Positions 41,001-48,890 of a stretch of DNA of 64,000 nt are shown piece after piece. The stretch's first letter is position 1. The number at the start of each line of letters is the position of its first letter. Below the pieces are notes generated by a model that was given only the letters and a program-made list of their open reading frames with translations, had not been told where the DNA came from and ran no database searches. The stretch comes from Phoronis australis. Taxonomy: Eukaryota; Animalia; Phoronida. The translations under genes and the position numbers were made by a program. The stretch spans positions 27,300 to 91,299 of the forward strand of contig NMRA01000946.1 in assembly GCA_002633005.1 (NCBI GenBank). Reading direction: 5' to 3'.

Positions 41001-43113
41001 TTCGAATAAGTCGTATTTTTTCGCTGACCCGAAGGTGACGAGTTAAGCGAGGTCGTTTGTTTTAGCAACATTAAATTCAAACTGCAGGAGGATGCCTTTT
41101 TAGAATAATTTTTTAAATATTGAAAGCAGTGTAACTTGTTGCCTTCTTCAGCCCGATGGCAGTGCGAATGATGAATGACCAGATGATGCTGTTGGAGCGA
41201 GCCTTTATCGATCCCAATGGTTTACCTGGCAAGAAAAGTAACAGGTGATTAACTGACATTTAGAAACGATCCGTTGTACTTTTCGCGCCTACATGTATCT
41301 TCACTGTCTCAGAATACTGCTACTTTTGAAGATTGGTTATGCCTGATTTACCTCATTTCACTTCTGTTTGAAAATAGGATATCTTTTGGCTTCTAAAATC
41401 ATGAATAATTGACACTTACCAGACAAGCTTGCATCTCCTATGACTGCGAAAGAAGTTCAGACCGCTCCATATGCAAATATAACGATAATGTTTACTTTCC
41501 ATTAACTATTCTATCAAATGGACTTTGAAAGGGACCAATTTTGAAGATTTTCGACAATAAAAAAATTCGTCAAGTTTTAATACAATATACTGTGCAATTC
41601 TGCCTGACATAAAAGTCTGAATTTCTAAATACAGTATCCTTTTCGATTGGCAATCAGATCTTCCCTTTGTCCCCCCGTTTTCCTTTGCCTCTGTACCTCC
41701 GCCCATTCCTCCCTCCAGCTGATCCTTTTCCGTTCAAGTCTTGTGGGCTTCTTACCGTGTGATAAATTGACCTTCCCTGCTTGCATATGCCCTTCTACCT
41801 GCTGTCACTGTTTATTTCGCTCTATATTTCGCTTCCGAGATCACTTGTCTGATGATGAGACACGTGGTCTCAAATTATGGCAACTATTTTAACTTATTTA
41901 TCAGTTAAGTCTCTTGGCGTTTTGCTTCCTAACAACGCGCCTGATGATAAGAAGAATTTATAGAGACTACGACCGAGTATATACTAAGCTGTCTAACAAA
42001 AAGTACAGTCGTGCCTTCAGCCATGATGAGTTAGTTTTGTATGTATGAGCATAAAAAGTCCTGGTGTATGTTTTAGTCTCAATACGAAGTCAAAAGGCTG
42101 GTTTTGGATCGTTATTTTTTGTCCTTCACAGTGAAAATATTTTGAACTTTAGCTTAATTCTTGCACAGAGAAACGAATTTGTCTTTTTTCCATTTTAGCT
42201 TACATTCTTCCTTATTGCATACCATGCCAATTTCAAATGGCCTATTGTGTTTGAATGACACCTAGCCATTTACTACCAACCGCCAAATTCTAAGACACCA
42301 TGCAGACCAGTTACCCCACTCTAAGCCCAGAATGTTGGCGGAGGACCTGTATCTGATTTGATTCGTAGCGCTACCAGCCGGATTAGTTTCCTTAAGTACC
42401 CCATTAGCGGCGTGAGGGGCTCTGGAATTGGTTTCGACCATGTGGGCGTGAATTGATGCCAATATCGTAGTGTCAACGTCCAGCTTGTGCAAAGGAATTT
42501 TGGCCAGCATCTGTGTTCAGTGAACAGGAGAGGACAATCGATGCACTCCTGGCAATACCTAATTTATCCTTGGTTAAAACGTTATCGTTTAAGGAAACTA
42601 TTTGCAAAACAGTATTTTAATAGGCCAGGAAAAATCGCTCAAAAGATTCCTGATAAACAAATTTCAAATTTTCAACTTTTGCTGCACATATAGGGACACG
42701 TATAACATGTTTATTTATACTTAAAATATTCACAACAACAACAGCTTTGCTGACAGGATACAGAACTTTTCAGTGAAATGAATAATAACCAGAATTATTG
42801 GGATGGTGGGCATAGTTTTGAACAGTCAGCACATTTAATAAATTTGCTATGCCAACTCCTTAACCATTTCACTCGGATTTATATTCATTTAGGTTTCTCT
42901 TACAGGCACGTTCTTTTTGCTTCAAGTTTGGACAAAAGCCATCCCGGATCGGGATTCCCCGGGCTGAAAGATCTTCTGTATAAAATAGAGGCTTCAGACA
43001 ACACCACAGCTCAGTGGGAGAAAGTCAAGCGCTACCTCTCGGTCGTTATCTATACTATCGACTCGGCGGCTTCCACTTTGGAGGACGTGTCAAATATACA
43101 CAAACACATATAG
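16678..43113 (+). CDS. Glutamate carboxypeptidase II / NAALADase-like type II membrane metallopeptidase (FOLH1/NAALAD2 family, M28B), paralog B, complete, 800 aa
   Basis: 18 exons: 16678-17024, 18411-18702, 18917-19042, 22762-22945, 24523-24619, 25236-25325, 25754-25839, 31269-31388, 32108-32190, 33091-33154, 33519-33586, 36047-36159, 36983-37073, 37363-37449, 38704-38875, 39800-39881, 41152-41244, 42906-43113. Total 2403 nt with consistent phases. Contains a TM segment ([20 protein letters not shown]), PHLAGT, PA domain (YVNYAR, IFRG, QRGN), GNHRDAW..GAIDP, SWGAEE, YLNVD, LYHS and a TfR-like dimerisation domain. Confidence 0.96.
18411..18702 (+). CDS. Paralog B exon 2
   Basis: [11 protein letters not shown]...YEVLLSYP...VPPFNAYS; CAG acceptor, GTGAGT donor. 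Confidence 0.95.
18917..19042 (+). CDS. Paralog B exon 3 (PA domain)
   Basis: [10 protein letters not shown]...[16 protein letters not shown]. Confidence 0.93.
19850..20430. repeat. Helentron/HINE-like element with about 150-bp degenerate internal tandem units
   Basis: GC-rich CCGG leader, then four units near 19911, 20059, 20221 and 20350 sharing ATCTCC..AAC...ATGAAA.TT.GCAGA...GTTCCTA. Confidence 0.5.
20460..22310 (+). mobile_element. Truncated non-LTR retrotransposon (LINE) RT fragment in intron 3 of paralog B, sense orientation
   Basis: [67 protein letters not shown]. Two frameshifts (about 21280 and 21365) and stops. No endonuclease domain. Confidence 0.93.
22762..22945 (+). CDS. Paralog B exon 4 (PA domain)
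   Basis: [21 protein letters not shown]...GVQRGNV...[10 protein letters not shown]. Confidence 0.95.
23995..24330. repeat. Degenerate minisatellite of ACCAAATGGGTA-like motifs
   Basis: Repeated TACCAAATGG(G)TAC and TACCAAGTGGGTAC. Confidence 0.55.
24523..24619 (+). CDS. Paralog B exon 5
   Basis: [31 protein letters not shown]; TAG acceptor, GTGAGC donor. Confidence 0.92.
25236..25325 (+). CDS. Paralog B exon 6
   Basis: [25 protein letters not shown]. Confidence 0.93.
25754..25839 (+). CDS. Paralog B exon 7
   Basis: [28 protein letters not shown]. Confidence 0.93.
27726..28090. mobile_element. TTAA-flanked MITE family (Kolobok-like), copy 1
   Basis: TTAA-AAGAATACCAAAC...GTTTAGTACCCTT-TTAA. 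Homologous copies at about 30505-30745, 37674-38008 (inverted) and about 62090-62365. Confidence 0.7.
28847..29269 (-). mobile_element. 5'-truncated Penelope-like element (GIY-YIG C-terminus) bounded by about 50-bp inverted pseudo-LTR ends
   Basis: Minus strand reads [16 protein letters not shown]...[32 protein letters not shown]. Inverted repeats at 28847-28897 and 29215-29269. Confidence 0.85.
28874..28922 (-). ncRNA. Minimal type I hammerhead ribozyme motif in the Penelope-like element end (probably mutated)
   Basis: Minus strand: ACUU-CUGAGGA-U-GGUGUU(loop)GACACC-GAAAC-AU-CUC-AAGU. The inverted half-copy at about 29222-29242 has the canonical GAAACAUGUC-AAGU. Confidence 0.7.
31269..31388 (+). 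CDS. Paralog B exon 8 (zinc ligands His/Asp)
   Basis: [25 protein letters not shown]. Confidence 0.96.
32108..32190 (+). CDS. Paralog B exon 9 (catalytic Glu-Glu)
   Basis: [28 protein letters not shown]. Confidence 0.96.
33091..33154 (+). CDS. Paralog B exon 10 (zinc ligand Asp)
   Basis: [21 protein letters not shown]. Confidence 0.93.
33519..33586 (+). CDS. Paralog B exon 11
   Basis: [23 protein letters not shown]; phases fit both neighbours. Confidence 0.9.
33695..33900. mobile_element. Degenerate palindromic MITE
   Basis: ATCAC.GAGA..CTTTCGAT..TGAT.CGCCATC pairs with GATGGCG.ATC..ATCGAAAGTCTC.GTGAT. Confidence 0.6.
36047..36159 (+). CDS. Paralog B exon 12
   Basis: [20 protein letters not shown]...NVPR; GTGAGT donor. 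Confidence 0.92.
36983..37073 (+). CDS. Paralog B exon 13 (GC donor)
   Basis: [30 protein letters not shown]; paralogous to 333-423. Confidence 0.92.
37363..37449 (+). CDS. Paralog B exon 14 (zinc ligand His)
   Basis: [29 protein letters not shown]; paralogous to 736-822. Confidence 0.95.
37674..38008. mobile_element. TTAA-flanked MITE family (Kolobok-like), inverted copy
   Basis: TTAAAGGATA...TATCCTTTAA; interior AAAGCAGGAATCAACTAAAAACTG is the reverse complement of about 27979-28002. Confidence 0.75.
38704..38875 (+). CDS. Paralog B exon 15
   Basis: [26 protein letters not shown]; paralogous to 1680-1851. Confidence 0.95.
39800..39881 (+). CDS. Paralog B exon 16
   Basis: [27 protein letters not shown]; paralogous to 2296-2377. 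Confidence 0.94.
41152..41244 (+). CDS. Paralog B exon 17
   Basis: [26 protein letters not shown]; paralogous to 2692-2784. Confidence 0.96.
42906..43113 (+). CDS. Paralog B exon 18 (terminal)
   Basis: [24 protein letters not shown]...VSNIHKHI*; paralogous to 3512-3749. Confidence 0.94.
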
Positions 43114-43273
43114 GGCGTCTCACAAAAGGTCGCGTTTTCTTGACATCCAGTATATCTTTAGTATTATTAATTGACGAAAAACCGTATACATATACATATT
43201 GGCACAATCTATGTTCGTTAAAAATGTTGAACGAATGTCAGAACTCTTTTGAAGCTGCTGCGTACTTTCCAAT

Positions 43274-43279
43274 AATAAA
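43274..43279 (+). terminator. Putative polyadenylation signal, paralog B
   Basis: AATAAA about 160 nt after the stop codon. Confidence 0.45.
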
Positions 43280-43940
43280 TATCTTATTCTTACAGTTGGC
43301 TAACAGAACTACCAACTTTATGTACATAAAAGAGTCTGAAAAATCGTAACAACTCTAAAAACAGCTTGATCTTTGTTCAAGATGTTAGGGCAAACTCATG
43401 TGCACACTAGGGATATTGTTATCCCGTGTACTCTCAACTGCAGCAGAGAGCATGTGGGCACTGACTCGCGCATTACTCCGTAACAGTAAATATGCGATTA
43501 CAAACTCGTAATATCTCATACGAAATTCGCCTTTGGCGCCTAGTAACCCAATGCTGCACAGCGAATTGATTCCATTTTCTTCGCACGGTTCATCCATCTT
43601 AAGTTGGCCGGTCGCATGTTCACGTACACCAGCTAATTATTCGAACTAACTGGGAAAGTGAAAATGACAGTAAACCTGTCCTCCATTGCGAATAACAACT
43701 TTTGATTTAGACTACTTATTTTTATGAAATTGGTCTAAAATTGTTTCTTTGTCAAATTAGTCTCGATCCCAGGTCTTTGGATCAACTGACAATTCCTTAG
43801 TACATGTATTTGAAAGCAGGCTTGAAAGCTGGTTTGTACCGACGTGTCTATTTATGCGCCCAGTATAGTATCAAGGAATAACTGTTACTTCTCATCTAAG
43901 TGAAGAACAAATTGAGACCAATTCCGCTAACTGGTCTAAA

Positions 43941-44100
43941 TACTACTACTACTACTACTGCTACTGCTACTGCTACTGCTACTGCTACTGCTACTGCTAC
44001 TGCTACTGCTACTGCTACTGCTTCTGCTACTGCTACTGCTGCTGCTGAAGATGATAATGATGATGATGATGATGATGACGATGGTGGTGGTGGTGGTGAT
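43941..44100. repeat. Compound microsatellite (ACT)n-(ACTGCT)n-(GAT)n-(GGT)n
   Basis: Directly visible. Confidence 0.95.
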
Positions 44101-44859
44101 GAACGCTTCTTTTACGGAACGCGAGTTTAAAATGGCTTGAAGGTTTGCTAGAAGGGGGGATATCCGAAAAAGCCTTTCGGAAACGATCATTTATCAGAAC
44201 TGATTTTGCATCCACGAAAAGTCCCCGGGAGGTTCTTACGGAAAAAAGTTGTAGGACTTTCAGAAACTTGCGTTGCCAACCACAGCGTCTTCATTCAGCA
44301 GTGGGATTAAAGTGCTGTAAGAAAGTGTCTGTGTGTTAGATTAGACGTCTACGGCAGCGATTTGATATTACCAAGTTCTTAATTTTCACAGATTTTTCTT
44401 TATGGTATTAGATGACAGGGCGTTAGGTGTCGCTGCTGCGGAGCGGTCGGGTCGGGAGACATTAGTCGTAAAGTATAGAACATAAATGTGGAAGCACCCA
44501 AAAGTGGTCACGGTCATTAATAGTCGAGATGGGAATTGAACCTAAAGACCACAAATTTTCAGGATAAGGTATGGTATTTTTGGAGATATTTCAAAACTTT
44601 TAAATTCTACTGGGAAGGATCAAAAAGTCCGAAATACCAGGAAGTCTTGTCTTGTCTTCTAATCGCTAAGGGATAGTGGTACCATCATGCCAATAGGGGG
44701 AGCGCTCAGTAGGTGTTTCCAGCACGCACGAAGGATGCATCTTGAGATTTAAACGAATCGTCTGTTGCGGCGTTGGTTATAGACTGGAGAAGAAGTGACC
44801 AGTCTCTTATTGTCCGAGGAAAAAAGAATATTTGTAGAGGTCTGTTCTGGCATGGATGT

Positions 44860-47800
44860 GCGGAACGAAATTTTGGTTGCTCTGCAAGTTATCCTATTAG
44901 TAGTCTTGATGTCTGATGATGACATTGTGATGCCGTGTTGAATAGGTCACCGAAAGCCAATACTGAGCTGTTTTTATTTATCTCTCTGCGATCATGTTGG
45001 TTATGTCAAATTATGTGAGAATTGAACCCTGGGACCTCTAGAAAGGACACCAACAAGGAGCCTGTAAGACAATCAGAGCGCATAACTGAGTATACAATAA
45101 GAAGTGGTTGTACTCCGAGTATTCTGAGTTCGAGAGATCTTTAGAGTTTGACGGACGAACAAGTTACCCCCGGGGTCACCGTAACAATGGGCGCCACAGG
45201 TGGGACAGAACAGACAGGTAATAACACCACGTTGGACACGATTCTGGTCACACTCCTTGAGTTTAAATCTCAGATTGCAAATTTAAAGCAATCCCTAGCC
45301 GATGTAACCTGCAACTTTCAAGAAATTAAAAGCTCAAAAACCGAGCGGGGTACATTGTGATTAAAATAGATAATCTCGAGGCACACAGCCAACGTGACAA
45401 TATCATTAAATACGGTGAAAGTCATCCCCAGGGAGCAAGTGAAACTTGGGATGATTGCGAACGTAAGGTAAGTGCTGAGCGATCAACTGAATATACACAT
45501 GAATGACATTAACTTCGACAGCGAGCATTGATTGAATTCCAGGTGACCTAAAACTGATAATTGCAAAATTCTAAACAAAAGCAGATTGTCCCGAGAAATG
45601 CAAAGAATCTGTGAGGATCTGGCATTTCAATAAGTGAAGACTTTACTTCCTGTGTAAGAAACATCTGACCAGAAAACGACTTTTACCGGAAATGCATGAC
45701 GAGCGATAGAAAGATGAGCGCTCGTACATTAGTTATAACAAGTTGATTATTCGAGAACGACAAATTTTTTACTGAGGAACGTGGTAATCTCAAGCCGTTC
45801 CTTCTGAACAATACTTGGGCTAATGACACACATGTGTCACCTTTTCATCGTCTGGAACATAGTAATCCAACTGCGCCGGGTTTCCTCTCCCACGACCGTC
45901 TGTTATAGGGGTCTGGCCAAGGCTAATAAATGTTTGGAAACCGTGAACTTGAGATACATGAGTTATCGTTATTATCTTGGATCATTGAAGGAATGAAAGG
46001 GAAGAGACGTGAATTCATGAAACTTATGTTAAGTTCTTACGATACTGATGCAATATGGGAGACTAGGATAGAAGCAGAAGATGACCACTCGCACCTATCT
46101 GCTGATCACACTTGTTTTCGTCTGCCTTATTGGAGAACCAGCAAGTATGGACGTGCACCAGGAGGCATCATTGTAGCTTTTAATTTTTTTTTAAAAGACA
46201 TTCACAGAATTAATTTCAAAAGTTGAGTGACCACAAATCCGTCTCTAACTTACAACGGGTGTACAAATATATGGAGAATAATTACGTTGATACTGCTGGG
46301 AAGTGTTGTGAAGATTTGTGGCAGTCACCTGAGAATACACACACACACGTCAGCAAACTGGTTATCACGTGAACACGCATCAACCCGATTTCTGGTACGA
46401 TGGATGCTGTGCAGTGAAACACAATCAAATAAGACTCGGCGTGAATTTCGAAGATGCTTTAGCAAATTATTTAGCTGCAAAGCAACTGTTTAAACCCGCA
46501 TGCTCAGCAAAAGAAATGAAAAAGAATGGAATAGAAAAATGCAGAAAATTTGAAAAAGTCATTACGTGACCCAAAACAGTGTTGGTTTGTTCTGAAGTCG
46601 TTCAGTCTAGTAAAAATAACATTTCTCCAAACGAATGGGAATTGCATTTTGAAACACACCTGAATACCGCCAAGCAGTCAAATATAATTGCTGAGCACGA
46701 GGAGTTAGTGAATATTTTTCTTGCTGATCACAAGGAACATGAATGTGTAAATTGTAATATCAATGATCCCGTTGTGCTTAACACTGAGATAACAGAAGCC
46801 GCATTATTATCAGTCGTGAAAGAGTTGATGAATGATAAAGCACCAAGAATAGATGGTATAATTTCAGAAATGTCAAAGAAGCAAACTCATCTTTGTACTC
46901 GCGAGCTTTCCAACAAAATTCTCGACGCGAGAAATTATCCTCAGACATGGTGTAACGGTATTATTGTGCCACAGCATAAAAATCTTTGAACTGCCGAAGC
47001 AAATAATTACACAGACAATTGTTTGCTGAGTGTCATCAGTGTTTACTAAAATATTAAATAACAGGCTTTCACGTTGGGCCGAGTCCAATAGAACATTATT
47101 TGAGGACTAATGCGGATTTCGTCAAAAAAGGATCAACAGTTGACCAAATATTATGTTATTCAAACAATGGCCCGGAAAGGGCGAGTGATTCTATTGCGCG
47201 TTCGTCGATTTTTATTCAGCGTTTGACACTGTCCCCCACAATCTCCTGTGGTATTGCCTTTTTAAGTCCTTATCTCAAAGGACAATCTAGTTCAAAAACA
47301 CCAAATTAAGTAATATGTAACATAGCTTAACGCCCACATCCTTTCTGTTATCAACCTAAAAGCCTTTTTGAGCACAATTTTGTACCTCGGCCTAGATCGG
47401 AAAATCATCGACCATTTCCGTGTATTTCCATGACTTCAGTTCCTGTGCATCAGTTCAGGAACGATTCCTGAATGACGGTCATGTCCTTGTAAACGTATTG
47501 ACATCAACGTGAGCGTAAATGCGTTGTAACTTTGTTTGGTTGTTTTTGATTCTCATTTTGGTTCATTTTAACAAACTTGATGATTTATTGACCAACTTTT
47601 ACCTGTTCTTTGCACATGACGAAGGGTATTTAATGAAGACAGTGGCCTTTTTAAAAGCAGCTTCAAAAACTATTTGATGAGTATGAAATGATTTTGTAAC
47701 ATATGATTCATAGATTTAGGGTTTTTGATACCAAAAACTATATAGAATCTGTCCAGATAAAATATTTCAAGTATTTTCTTAGCTTCCCGTCTTCCGCAAG

Positions 47801-48890
47801 CAACGCTGCAGTCCTCGGTGAGTTTGAGAAAATACCTGTCTCTGGACAGTGCCTGAAAAAAATGAACAAATTTTGGATGAAGCTACTGGAAATGAGCGAT
47901 GACATACTTTCAAAGTCATTGTATAATGTTGCGAGTTAGCTTGACGAATCTGGTCACAAAACGTGGTGTGCGTAGGTTAAAAATGTACTATTTACGATTT
48001 GGTTTAGATGGGATTTGTCAAAATTTTGGAAATAAAGACTTTTTTCTTATCTCAGTTCATATAGAGAGTAAGTGATTGTGCTATGCAGACCGGGCGTGAA
48101 AACATACTGTAATACCATGCGCGCACCCAGCCTTGAAAATGGGGGACTCGAATTTCTGTCGTTGTGGATCTTTTCCTGACAAAAGTCGGAGGACTAAAAA
48201 AAAACGGTTACCACCCTTCAGAACTGTGAACTGTGTGTCTGCGTCTTTTTTAGTGGACTTTTGTCTCGTTTTCTCGGACTTTTTTGTTTCTCCGAGGCGG
48301 ACCTTTTTGCCCACTTCGCCAAATGGGGGGGGGGACGGGCTCGTTCGAGCCCCCCGAGCCCCCCTGGGTGCGCGCATGAATACGAAGCTAAATGGAATTT
48401 AAGACCTTGTAGGATACAGATAAATATTTTTTCTGCATCAAGGACAAACATATTAGGACAATCCTTGCTCACTTTCGTTGTTCGTGTCACTGTCTCCGAA
48501 TAGAACAAATAATACATGTAATATTTCCAGAGAGGAGCTTTTGTATATTTTCTGTTATACATGTAACTTAGGTGAACGTATGTTATTTATTTGTTCATTA
48601 TGCAGTGACAGTGCGAAAAGGTTGTTACCAGAACTTTTTTGCTCTAATCCGTGTCACCGAAACGTCGTTAATGTAATGATTTCACAAAACGAATCTGTCA
48701 TTCAAAATATTAGCTTATTCATATTGCAGGCGTTTCGCATGAGGATCAAAGTTATATGATAATTTTATTGTTGATAGCCTATGTTCCTTGTGTGATTTGT
48801 GACCTTGCTGTTCACTGTTTGTATTGTACGTGTGATATGGACCGGAGGCCTACATCACCTTATGAAATATATAACACAATAAAAACAACG
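44860..48890 (+). mobile_element. Decayed, near full-length LINE (ORF1 and ORF2 remnants), related to the 20460-22310 element
   Basis: ORF1-like remnants (DNLEAHSQRDNII..G, ETWDDCERKV, ISISEDFT), endonuclease-like remnants (LLSWII.G, ET, GRAPGGII), KAPRIDG, YPQTWCNGIIVP, ASNAAVLGE, FRCSCHCLRIE and an A-rich 3' end. The YADD region is lost. Confidence 0.8.
48116..48378. mobile_element. MITE with perfect 15-bp TIRs and a 5-bp target-site duplication, nested in the LINE
   Basis: AATAC-CATGCGCGCACCCAG ... CTGGGTGCGCGCATG-AATAC. Confidence 0.92.

Noticed and set aside
43900-44215. ORFs with poly-TA/D/G, poly-S and poly-H tracts
   Set aside because: Artefacts of a compound microsatellite; no splice or homology support.
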